A stretch of DNA of 64,000 nucleotides from an uncultured delta proteobacterium (GTDB taxonomy: Bacteria > Desulfobacterota > Desulfuromonadia > Geobacterales > Pseudopelobacteraceae). The stretch is taken from positions 142,877 to 206,876 of the forward strand of contig CAVYYZ010000005.1 in the NCBI GenBank assembly GCA_963772835.1. The letters are read 5' to 3'. The translations under genes and the position numbers were made by a program. Positions 31,247-40,108 of the stretch are shown in pieces (position 1 is the first letter of the stretch; each line of letters starts with the position of its first letter). The notes under the pieces were generated by a model. It had not been told where the DNA came from, did no database searches, and worked only from the letters and a program-made list of their open reading frames with translations.

Positions 31247-31723
31247 ATGAGCCGGTTTTTCCTTGATAAAAGAGTAGCCACGACAGTTGCAGCGACGCTA
31301 TGTGTACTCTGTTGTACCGAAAGGAACTCAATCGCACGGCCTGCTCCTTTTTCGGGTGCATCTTCAGCAATACAAAAGCAGATGAGTTCTGCACATGAGG
31401 CAGGCGGCATTAAAGTTGAACGGATAACATATGCCGTAGGTGGAATGAAGCTGGACCTGCGCTATCGGGTTACAGACATCAAAAAAGCCAGGCAGATATT
31501 AACCGATGAAACTCATTTGGCCCTCATCGACCAGGCCACCGGCAACGTGCTGGGAGTACCGAATATGCCGAAAGTAGGCAAAATGCGGCAGGTTCCTAAC
31601 CAGAACGAAACGTGGCGGGTCTATTGGATGATGTTTGACAACCCCGGTGTACTTGTCAGAAAAGGCGGCAAGGTCACACTGGTAATAGGTGATATCAGGA
31701 TAAAGGACATCATCGTTGAATAA
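31247..31723 (+). CDS. Secreted hypothetical protein in the cupredoxin operon
   Basis: GGGAG RBS, signal-like N-terminus, beta-rich domain (LDLRYRV.D..KA, VP..PKVG.MRQ, F.NPG.LV..G.KVT). Confidence 0.75.
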   Translation: MSRFFLDKRVATTVAATLCVLCCTERNSIARPAPFSGASSAIQKQMSSAHEAGGIKVERITYAVGGMKLDLRYRVTDIKKARQILTDETHLALIDQATGNVLGVPNMPKVGKMRQVPNQNETWRVYWMMFDNPGVLVRKGGKVTLVIGDIRIKDIIVE

Positions 31724-33323
31724 GTTGATTTGTCATGGATTACCGTATCACTGTTCTTTGATAGCTTTAGTACTACTTATGTCTGCCACCCTGTCTGAGG
31801 GAGGCACCATTGATCCGGAATTAGCCGGACAACTGGATTCGGCACCGTCAGTTCGTGAATTCACCGTACTGGTCAAACTGGAAAAGCCTGTCATCCAACC
31901 GGCTTCACCTGCACCGCTTGATCATCAATCACGGCACGCCCGGGCGGTACAGGTTGTGCAGGCACTCAAGTCAGAGGCCGATTTTTCACAGCGCGGTATA
32001 ATGACGATGCTTGCACAGAAAGAGCGCTCCGGCGGTTCCAGGAATACGAAACCATTCTGGATTTTTAACGGTTTTGCGGTAACGGCTACGGCGGATACAA
32101 TACGTGAACTGGCAGACCGGGCCGATGTTTCTTCAGTCATACCTGACCGGGTTTTTACGCTTGCATCCACCTCCGGTGTCACACCCTCTGTTGTGACAGA
32201 CAGTTGGAATCTGGCACGAATTGGTGCACCGTCACTGTGGAGCAAGGGGTTTACCGGCCAGGGCGTGGTGGTGGCAAACATGGATACCGGAGTCGACGTC
32301 GGTCACCCGGCGTTGAGTTCCAAGTGGAGGAGCGGGAGCAACAGCTGGTTCGATCCATATCGCAGCACCACCGTACCGTATGACCTGTCCGGGCACGGCA
32401 CAGCGACCATGGGGATAATCGTAGCGGGTAACACCAGCGATAATCAGATTGGAGTCGCTCCGGGGGCACAATGGATTGCAGCAAAGATTTTTGATGATTC
32501 CAACCCGCCCCAGACCGCACTCAGCAGGATTCATCAGGCTTTTCAGTGGCTCCTTGATCCGGATCAGAATCCGGCAACAAATGATACTCCGGATGTCGTC
32601 AACATTTCGTGGGATATGAATAACCCCGGACAGTATGACGGTGAATTCGCGGCGGATATTCAGAGTTTACATTCGGCAGGAATCAGCGTGGTCTGCGTTT
32701 CAGGTAACGTTCTGATACGCCTGCCTACCGGGGAATCCACAAGCCCGGGCAATAATCCGGGGGCATTTCCGGTCGGAGCTACGGATGCAAATAATCTGAT
32801 TACAAACTTCAGTGCCCGGGGGCCATCAGCTTCTGACGGTTCTTTTTTTCCCGCTCTGGCGGCACCGGGGTCAGCAATACGAAGCACCGATCTTTTCAAC
32901 ACCTATGTGTCATTCAGCGGGACATCCTTTGCGGCGCCGCATGTAGCAGGCGCACTGGCACTGCTTAAGTCGGCCATTCCGGGATTGAGCGCACGTGACG
33001 CTGAAACAGCTTTAAAGAATTCAGTGGTACCCGGCAGCGGTCCGGACAATGTGTACGGTTTTGGACGTCTGGAGGTAGCAAAAGCGTTTTCATACCTGAC
33101 AATACCCGGAGATGCCAACGGCGATGGACAGGTTGATTTTATTGATGTAATGGTCACCTTGAGAACAATAGTCGGGCTCAGTCCCACAAATGGCCTGATC
33201 GATAAAAATGCCAATCTGGCGCCTCTGGGGCAGGATGGCAGACCGCAGGGGCATAGCGGCCCGGTTAATCTTCAGGACGCCCTTTTGATACTGCAGCACG
33301 CGGCAGGTTTCATACGGTGGTAA
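31716..33323 (+). CDS. S8 subtilase with propeptide and C-terminal dockerin-like domain
   Basis: Catalytic triad DTG, HGT, GTS.AAPHVAG; I9-like propeptide; GDANGDGQVDFIDV. Confidence 0.93.
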   Translation: MNKLICHGLPYHCSLIALVLLMSATLSEGGTIDPELAGQLDSAPSVREFTVLVKLEKPVIQPASPAPLDHQSRHARAVQVVQALKSEADFSQRGIMTMLAQKERSGGSRNTKPFWIFNGFAVTATADTIRELADRADVSSVIPDRVFTLASTSGVTPSVVTDSWNLARIGAPSLWSKGFTGQGVVVANMDTGVDVGHPALSSKWRSGSNSWFDPYRSTTVPYDLSGHGTATMGIIVAGNTSDNQIGVAPGAQWIAAKIFDDSNPPQTALSRIHQAFQWLLDPDQNPATNDTPDVVNISWDMNNPGQYDGEFAADIQSLHSAGISVVCVSGNVLIRLPTGESTSPGNNPGAFPVGATDANNLITNFSARGPSASDGSFFPALAAPGSAIRSTDLFNTYVSFSGTSFAAPHVAGALALLKSAIPGLSARDAETALKNSVVPGSGPDNVYGFGRLEVAKAFSYLTIPGDANGDGQVDFIDVMVTLRTIVGLSPTNGLIDKNANLAPLGQDGRPQGHSGPVNLQDALLILQHAAGFIRW

Positions 33324-33392
33324 AACACTTTAACGAGTAGTTCTTTATATGACGGATAGTCAAATATTCTCACAACGTAACGGAGGAAACTC

Positions 33393-34211
33393 ATGAAATT
33401 TTCAACTACTATCGGCCTGGCTTTAGTCCTCATTACTTCTTTATTCCTGTTTGCATGCGGAGGAGGCGGTTCTTCGACGCCAACACCGACGACGCCGACA
33501 ATACCGTCACTGACGGCCGACAAGATGACGGCAGTTACGCCCGTACTCAATGGCGGCACAACAACCATTTCTTATAATTTCGGTACGTCGGTTGCGGATG
33601 GTACGGTGGTGACATACACCGTGTCACCTTCAAGCGCCGTTTTGTCCGGGAAATCAAATGTGACTGGCGGTATAGCCACTGTGGTCGTAACAAATGCCGC
33701 CCAGGCAAATGTAACGGTAACGGCAAGCATAGCGGGTGCAACGGGCTCTAAACTGGTTCAGTTCATACCGCAGCCTGACAAAGTCGTGGTTCATGTGGCA
33801 ACAACCAAAACCATCAGCAATCTGGCGATTCTGACCTTTGGGCTGCGAACGAATCCGACCATCGACTGCCCCTACACTTCAACCACTCTGGCACCCGGTT
33901 ATACCGGCTTCAACTCCAACAGTTCTTTTCTTCCAGCTGGAGGTGATTTATATTCCCTGTTTATTTTTACGGTTGGCTTCAACACAACACCCTCAACAAA
34001 TTTTCAGGAGATGACTTTCACTCCTGCAGTTTCCGCCGGGATTCCGTTTTTTGAGGTCTTTCAGGTACCAAACAACCCACAGGATTTAAGCTTTGATGCC
34101 TATACAAACCCGGCGGATCTGAACATTATGTCATCCACAAACCTGGCGCCCGCAGATTTTGTCCTTACGACTGGATACTATCTGGGGACCACGTTGCTGG
34201 CGACTAATTAG
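33393..34211 (+). CDS. Lipoprotein with Ig-like domain and possible cohesin-like C-terminal domain
   Basis: Lipobox LFAC then GGGGSS and a PT linker; DGT.VTYTV...GIATV Ig-like segment; beta-rich C-terminus. Confidence 0.7.
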   Translation: MKFSTTIGLALVLITSLFLFACGGGGSSTPTPTTPTIPSLTADKMTAVTPVLNGGTTTISYNFGTSVADGTVVTYTVSPSSAVLSGKSNVTGGIATVVVTNAAQANVTVTASIAGATGSKLVQFIPQPDKVVVHVATTKTISNLAILTFGLRTNPTIDCPYTSTTLAPGYTGFNSNSSFLPAGGDLYSLFIFTVGFNTTPSTNFQEMTFTPAVSAGIPFFEVFQVPNNPQDLSFDAYTNPADLNIMSSTNLAPADFVLTTGYYLGTTLLATN

Positions 34212-34290
34212 ACATGCATGAATGCAGCATTTCGTTTGCCGCACCTTTCTGCCTGCCGGTCGACATGTTATCAGTGAAGGAGTTGAAATT

Positions 34291-35805
34291 ATGAAAAATA
34301 CAGATGTTATGCCCGGATTCGGGCAAAAAGCCATATACCTGACGACTGCATTGCTGCTTATGCTTTCTCTGGCAGCATGCGGTGGCGGCAGAAATAGAGA
34401 AATAAAAATCGGTATGGGTGCGCTGATTATAACACCGACAACTGCCAGTGTGATTACGGGGTTATCAATTCCTCTGGCATCAAATAGTGCGGGTGTAACG
34501 TGGAGCGTAAAAGGCATCGCCGGCGGCAATGCCACCGTAGGAACGATTACCGCTTCCGGCGTGTATACCGCACCTGCAGTAAAGCCGGCTCCGGCAGTTG
34601 TGACGGTAACCGCGACAACGGCAGACGCAAAACAAAGCGCATCGGCACAGATAACGATAAAGGATCTTGCCCTGTCCGGCCCTAGTGGCGGATATAGCGG
34701 GACTTTCAGTGCTGCAGGCAATCTGGCGACTGCCCGCAGCAACCATACAGCAACCCTGCTTGCCACCGGTGATGTCCTGGTGACAGGCGGCATCGGCACG
34801 TCCGGTGCGGCGATTGCCGGCGCTGAACTCTACAGAAGCGCTTCCGGCGATTTTGCCACTGTCGCGGAGATGGGCGTTACCCGGGCCTATCACACTTCTA
34901 CCCTGCTGCGAAACGGCACGGTACTTGTCACCGGCGGCTACGACAAGGACAACAATGTTCTTGCAACGGCAGAACTCTATGATCCGGCGTCAAAACGATT
35001 TCGGCCAACCGGCAGTCTGTCAGTCGGGCGTGCCTATCATAGTGCCACGCTGCTGTTGGATGGCACTGTGCTGATTGCCGGCGGCAGCCAGGTTTCCGAT
35101 CTGACAACCGGAGCACCGCTGGACAGCATCGAGATTTTTGATCCGGTACATGAAACGTTCACATCAATTTCAACTTCAGTGATGTCCGATTCCCGCTTTT
35201 CTCATTCCGCACAACTGCTGAATAACGGCAAGGTGCTGATGGTTGGCGGTATAGGGCTCGCCGGACAGAAACTGGCCACCGCTGAATTGTATGATCCTGC
35301 ATCAACAGCAGGCAATAAAATTTCGTCAACAGGTTCAATGACGACTCCACGCTGGCTGAACAGCATAGCGACCATGGCGGACGGCACGATTCTGGTAACC
35401 GGTGGTTCTTCGGGAACGATTTCAGGTGATGTCCCGTCTGCCACCTATCTTGCATCTGCTGAAACCTATGATCCTGTTACCGGAGTATTCACTGCTCTTG
35501 GCACGTCCTTGATCGATACCAGAGGATTCCACACATCAACCCTCCTGGCCGACAGCACCACGCTGATAGCCGGTGGTTACGGCCTATTGTCAACTTCAGC
35601 CGGCTTGACAGGTTCATCGCTGGCAACCGCAGAAATATTTAACAGCGGAGGTTCGTTCGTCTATTCCAACGGTGATATGCCGCTTGAACGTGCCAACCAT
35701 ACCGCCACCATGCTCCCTTCATCAGGTAAAGTACTCATAATTGGCGGAGGTGGCTACAGCGGTGGAACTTTTGCAGTTATGGACAGTGCGGTACTCTTTC
35801 AATAG
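34291..35805 (+). CDS. Kelch-repeat (7-blade) lipoprotein with Ig-like domain
   Basis: AAGGAG RBS; lipobox LAAC; seven R..H..TLL..G.VL..GG repeats. Confidence 0.88.
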   Translation: MKNTDVMPGFGQKAIYLTTALLLMLSLAACGGGRNREIKIGMGALIITPTTASVITGLSIPLASNSAGVTWSVKGIAGGNATVGTITASGVYTAPAVKPAPAVVTVTATTADAKQSASAQITIKDLALSGPSGGYSGTFSAAGNLATARSNHTATLLATGDVLVTGGIGTSGAAIAGAELYRSASGDFATVAEMGVTRAYHTSTLLRNGTVLVTGGYDKDNNVLATAELYDPASKRFRPTGSLSVGRAYHSATLLLDGTVLIAGGSQVSDLTTGAPLDSIEIFDPVHETFTSISTSVMSDSRFSHSAQLLNNGKVLMVGGIGLAGQKLATAELYDPASTAGNKISSTGSMTTPRWLNSIATMADGTILVTGGSSGTISGDVPSATYLASAETYDPVTGVFTALGTSLIDTRGFHTSTLLADSTTLIAGGYGLLSTSAGLTGSSLATAEIFNSGGSFVYSNGDMPLERANHTATMLPSSGKVLIIGGGGYSGGTFAVMDSAVLFQ

Positions 35806-35916
35806 AGAGCAAAGGCCCGGTTGACCGGACAGTAATTCAAGCGTACTGTATCCAGCATCAGGTTTATTTTGATTCAAACGTAGGACATACTCAGGTTCAT
35901 AACTAGCGAGGCAATA

Positions 35917-37155
35917 ATGGCTCGATTACTCGTTGTATTAACTGCTTTTGGTCTGTTGTTCATGTGTGAACCGGCTGCGTTTGCCGCCTCCGTAACAATC
36001 ACTCCCACCGCAGCCGGTACCTATACCATCCATGGAGACTCCATGGATGGGGTCGCAGGTATAGATTTGTCGATCATCTACGACAATACATCTCTTTCTT
36101 CGCCGACAGTCAGCCAGGGGAGTCTCGTCGCAGGGGCAATGCTGGCGGCCGGTACCAGTAATCCCGGTACCATCAAAATTGTCATTATCAGCACCAAGGC
36201 ATTTTCGGGCAGCGGAGAGATTGCAACCGTAACTTTTGCCACTCAGAGCGGGACAAAGGGGATCACGTCTGCTTCCGTCAGCATGATCAACAGCAAGGGG
36301 GCGCCGATTTCTGCTCAGACAGTGATTTCAGGGGGGAGCGCACCACCTGCCGCCACGCCGGGCTTTACGACAACAGCCGGTGTACCGTTCAGCCCGTCGC
36401 CTGCTTCTACCGCGGGAGTATCGCCTGTTGCCGCTCCGTCTGTTTCATCAATTCCGACCCAACCCGGCACAGTGAACCTGCCGTCGGATTTCCAGGCCGC
36501 GAGTGACGCAAAAACGGCTGCGATTGCCGGCGCACCGGTTTCGACGACCGGACCTGCAGCAGCAAATCCCGTCGAGGTACCTGCTGAGGTAAAACAACCT
36601 GCAGAATCACACAAACCGGAAGCGGTTACATCGACCTCCTACAGAGGAGTCCTTGAAAACTTCCGCGAATACAAGGGTGAAAGATCGCCGGCCGCTATTG
36701 TCGCGCTCTTTACCAAAGAAATCACATCAACTATCCGCCAGGAACCGGCCGTTGCCCTGAGTGACGGCAAGACTCCACTGAACATACTGATAAAACTTGA
36801 GTCCGCCGGAGACAAGTCGCCAAATATTTCCCTGAATGGCGCCAAACTGGTTTCACTCAGCAGGGATGCTTCTTTTAACTGGGTTATTGTCGCCCTGCCG
36901 CAAGCAGGCACCGTTCAGGCCAGCCTGACGGTCCTGACGGACAGCGAATTAATTGAGTATCCTCTTACCCTCGCACCGCCCGCCGAGGGTGTTTCAGCGA
37001 TTGAGGCCGATTTTGCCGGTTTTCTGTCCGATAGCGGAGCATTACCTCCGAAACGAGACCTGAACGGCGATGGCAGACATGACTATCTTGATGACTTTAT
37101 CTATACCGCACATTACCTGAAAAAGAAGAGTGCTGCCGGAAAGAATGATAAATAG
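35917..37155 (+). CDS. Secreted cohesin-domain protein with P/A/T-rich linker and C-terminal EF-hand/dockerin-like motif
   Basis: VAGIDLSIIYD..SL....V.QG.L...A......PG.IKI.IIS.....GSGEIATVTF cohesin pattern; DLNGDGRHDYLD at the C-terminus. Confidence 0.8.
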   Translation: MARLLVVLTAFGLLFMCEPAAFAASVTITPTAAGTYTIHGDSMDGVAGIDLSIIYDNTSLSSPTVSQGSLVAGAMLAAGTSNPGTIKIVIISTKAFSGSGEIATVTFATQSGTKGITSASVSMINSKGAPISAQTVISGGSAPPAATPGFTTTAGVPFSPSPASTAGVSPVAAPSVSSIPTQPGTVNLPSDFQAASDAKTAAIAGAPVSTTGPAAANPVEVPAEVKQPAESHKPEAVTSTSYRGVLENFREYKGERSPAAIVALFTKEITSTIRQEPAVALSDGKTPLNILIKLESAGDKSPNISLNGAKLVSLSRDASFNWVIVALPQAGTVQASLTVLTDSELIEYPLTLAPPAEGVSAIEADFAGFLSDSGALPPKRDLNGDGRHDYLDDFIYTAHYLKKKSAAGKNDK

Positions 37156-37172
37156 CGACTGGCCCGCATAAT

Positions 37173-37222
37173 AATGCTGCATTGAGACCGCCTGATGTTT
37201 CTGGCGCTATCAATGCAGCATT
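37173..37222. terminator. Inverted repeat or terminator closing the secreted operon
   Basis: AATGCTGCATTGA...TCAATGCAGCATT between convergent genes. Confidence 0.55.
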
Positions 37223-37295
37223 TAGTGTCATAATACGGAAAATGAAAACTACAAATCCCATCTTTTATTGTTCACCGTCCCCGTCAAACTCACAC

Positions 37296-37490
37296 TCAAT
37301 GGCCCAGCAGGCTCTGTAACAAACGCTCGTATTCGTCGAGTTTTCTCTCAAGCAACTGGATCTCATCTATGGTGTAGACCGCCTCCCCGCGCGAAATCTC
37401 CTCTTGCAGGTCGCCAATGATTTCCTGAATGCTCGGTTGTCGACCGGGCGATTCCTCCCTGCCAAGCAAGCGCATGTTCTTCCCTGCCAT
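37296..37490 (-). CDS. Small coiled-coil hypothetical protein
   Basis: GGGAG RBS; helical G..VYT.DE...LERKL.EYE segment. Confidence 0.65.
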   Translation of the reverse strand: MAGKNMRLLGREESPGRQPSIQEIIGDLQEEISRGEAVYTIDEIQLLERKLDEYERLLQSLLGH

Positions 37491-37589
37491 GACGTCTCCC
37501 TTATCAGTGCAAATCAGCTTTGGTCTTTGACTCTGCAGCGGTGACCCATAATTGCTCAGCCTGCATTTTGACGACCCGGACAGGTTTCT

Positions 37590-38162
37590 TCAGATCAACT
37601 TCAGCACCGTATCAATCTCCAGAAACGAGTTGGGGTATTTTGCCTCCAATGCATCACGGAGCGATGCGCCGGTTATACCGTCTTTGATGGTAGTATCTCT
37701 GGTCGTTGCAGCATCGACATAGTCACATATTGCGATCAGAGAGGCAATATCAAGGATCTTCTTCACCGTGTCGAGAGACAGGTCTTCGGGGAAATCTTTG
37801 AGGGTCAGGCCATACCCGGAATTACCGAGCGCATGATGGAAGCCGGCAACGAGTCCGGTGAACAGGTATTTGCCCTTCAGAACTTCAAAACCAAGCCTCA
37901 CGTGATTCTTTATATCAGCATATTCCTCGTCAGAGATTTCGTGACCATCAAAAAGATGATCGGGAAGAGCAATTTTACCGACGTCATGCAATATTCCGGC
38001 GAAGTAGGCTGCGCGGGCGTCAAGCTTAAGTTTTACTGCAGCTTTAGCCGCTAGAATTGCAACCCTGATGGAGTGTTCCTTTACCCCGTCGCGGCGCACC
38101 GTAGCAATTGCCAGGTAAAAATCAATAACATCCTGTAGCGAGTGACGACTCTCTTCTTTCAT
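37590..38162 (-). CDS. HD-domain phosphohydrolase (HD-GYP-like, GYP degenerate)
   Basis: HS.RVA, LHDVGK, H..LG, FHH, ICD..DA.T.R. Confidence 0.85.
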   Translation of the reverse strand: MKEESRHSLQDVIDFYLAIATVRRDGVKEHSIRVAILAAKAAVKLKLDARAAYFAGILHDVGKIALPDHLFDGHEISDEEYADIKNHVRLGFEVLKGKYLFTGLVAGFHHALGNSGYGLTLKDFPEDLSLDTVKKILDIASLIAICDYVDAATTRDTTIKDGITGASLRDALEAKYPNSFLEIDTVLKLI

Positions 38163-38754
38163 CCGTCCTTACCCCCCTCATCTGCATTGTTCAAACCGGC
38201 ATTCCATTCGGCATCTCAATTACCTGATACACTTTATAGAAGTGTTTTCAGCCCGAGCATGCGAAAGACCACCTGACCGCCTTGTATCCACGTGCATCTT
38301 TCTGATTGTTTGATGCACCTGTTCAGTCCCTTTGGGGTCATATCTCACCAGAAATAATTCTCCATACTTTTACGCTGTTTGTTATAAAAAATACATTTTT
38401 CCTGCGCAGTTTACTACTAATGGTTTTGCAAAAGAAACCTCGCTTTTACGTTCCGGTGTAACCAGCACCCTGAGTTGTGCTATTATTTCGCTGTTTACGT
38501 CTTTATTGGCCATACTCCTTTTTGTTTAAAGTGAAAAGAACCCGGATAAAAGTCTTTGGATTCCGGATCTGATTAATCGAGGTGTTTCTGTTAAAGCGGA
38601 AGTAAAGACATTGTATCCTCCGGCAGACATAAAAATTGAAGCGCGTAATACAGCCGGACAATTCTTACCTGACATTCTGTCGTTTCTGTGTTATTACCCC
38701 ATGCACACGGGCAATAAAGCGCCGGTAGAAGGATCTAAACACAAAGGAGAGGTT

Positions 38755-39021
38755 ATGACTAAAACTGAATTTGTTGCAAAAGTTGCAGAAGAACTGGAAG
38801 TGCCTAAAACCGTGGCTGCTGAAACGGTCGATGCGTTTTTGAAGGTAACTACGGATTTACTGAAAGCGGGAGACAAAGTTACGTTCCCCGGTTTTGGCTC
38901 CTTTGATGTCGCACATCGCGCCGCTCGTAAAGGCCGCAATCCGCAGACTGGCGCCGAACTTAATATCGCCGCATCCAAAAGCGGCAAATTTTCGGCCGGA
39001 AAGAACCTCAAAAACCTGTAA
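38755..39021 (+). CDS. hup: DNA-binding protein HU
   Basis: MTKTEF..., GFGSF, RAARKGRNPQTG; AGGAG RBS. Confidence 0.95.
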   Translation: MTKTEFVAKVAEELEVPKTVAAETVDAFLKVTTDLLKAGDKVTFPGFGSFDVAHRAARKGRNPQTGAELNIAASKSGKFSAGKNLKNL

Positions 39022-39079
39022 CCATTCTAACTGCAATGTCTGGTGTCAAAGCTGACATGGCATTGCTACAGGCAGAATC

Positions 39080-39107
39080 AGGCCGCTCGCATTCCGGAGC
39101 GGCCTTT
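39080..39107 (+). terminator. Intrinsic terminator after hup
   Basis: AGGCCGCTC-gcattccg-GAGCGGCCT followed by TT. Confidence 0.65.
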
Positions 39108-39178
39108 GCCGTTCGGGAATGTGTCGTTCAGAGGTCGTATCCACCGGAAGAAAGGTAAGTCACCATGATTATTTTCCG

Positions 39179-39228
39179 ATGAACCACCCCGCAGCAAGCT
39201 ACGGGGAATATGACCCGGATAGATTTAA
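39179..39228. mobile_element. IS200/IS605-type end hairpin remnant (PATE/MITE-like)
   Basis: ATGAACCA CCCCGCAGC AA GCTACGGGG AATATGACCC...; no transposase nearby. Confidence 0.5.
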
Positions 39229-39272
39229 AATTCCTTCCCGAATGCCGTTATGTGCCGATTTCTACTCCGGGG

Positions 39273-39620
39273 TTACTCTATCGTATTCAGAATTATGCTC
39301 AGTTTGCTCTGGTTATCAGGATCAAAGACATAAAGCCCCATATGAATACTGCCGTCCTGATTATACATTGAATATATGCATCTGCAGGTTAATGTCAGTT
39401 GGATTGCCGAAAAAATAATTTCAACAGTTTCATTTTTTCGCGGGACGGACAAAGTCCCACTCGATGGAGGTATGGAGACCTTAAGCCCCTGGGCACTGAT
39501 GTCCACAATACATGATTCGACCACTTGCTTATCCGGTAAAACAAGCAGGACACTGGTCAGTGATTCCAACAAAAGCTCTGAGCCATATCGGTGAAATATT
39601 CGTCTTTCCATGGAATTCAT
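39273..39620 (-). CDS. PilZ-domain protein
   Basis: ERRIFHR (RxxxR) and DISAQG (DxSxxG). Confidence 0.85.
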   Translation of the reverse strand: MNSMERRIFHRYGSELLLESLTSVLLVLPDKQVVESCIVDISAQGLKVSIPPSSGTLSVPRKNETVEIIFSAIQLTLTCRCIYSMYNQDGSIHMGLYVFDPDNQSKLSIILNTIE

Positions 39621-39808
39621 TCTCCGGTCAGGATTAACAAAAAACAGTACATTTGGTGGTAATTTTAGCAACAGTACCTCAAGCATCGGCTGTTGACAAT
39701 TATATTTAAATTTTCAGACGCCACCCCTGTAAACTGATTCTGATTAATTTAAGGGGAACTTTCGGATTTTTGGAAGGCCAAAAGGACAACAGATATCAGT
39801 CCAGCAGA

Positions 39809-39854
39809 ATAACAAAGAAAAGGGTTACCTATTTAAAGGTAACCCTTTGTTATT
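39809..39854 (-). terminator. Hairpin terminator downstream of tRNA-Thr
   Basis: AAAGGGTTACCT-atttaa-AGGTAACCCTTT with a T-rich tail on the minus strand. Confidence 0.7.
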
Positions 39855-39856
39855 AC

Positions 39857-39932
39857 TGGAGCCATTTGTCGGAATCGAACCGACGACCTCATCATTACGA
39901 GTGATGTGCTCTACCAACTGAGCTAAAATGGC
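39857..39932 (-). tRNA. tRNA-Thr(CGT)
   Basis: GCCATTT acceptor stem, TAGCTCAGTTGGTAGAGC, anticodon arm CATCA-CT CGT AA-TGATG, GGTTCGATTCC, encoded CCA; 76 nt. Confidence 0.97.
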
Positions 39933-40108
39933 ACTGGCACATATCCGGCACTACTGAGCCTTTCAGTGGAGTGAAAATACCTCAGAAGGGTGCGTGCTGT
40001 CAATGCTCTATGCCGCTCCGTGGGTAAATTTCTGCTTTACCCCCGCTCCGATTGAGTCTAGTATCACCATCAAGCTTCACATACATATTACATATCGCTT
40101 GGCACCCC

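Noticed and set aside
38701..38750. c-di-GMP/cGAMP (GEMM) riboswitch before hup
   Set aside because: Only GGGCAA resembles the motif; the GAAA tetraloop and GACGCAAAGC elements are missing.
17276..39932. Genomic island integrated at tRNA-Thr carrying the oxidase operon
   Set aside because: No duplicate of the tRNA 3' end and no integrase seen; the tRNA keeps its terminator, and hup lies inside the interval.
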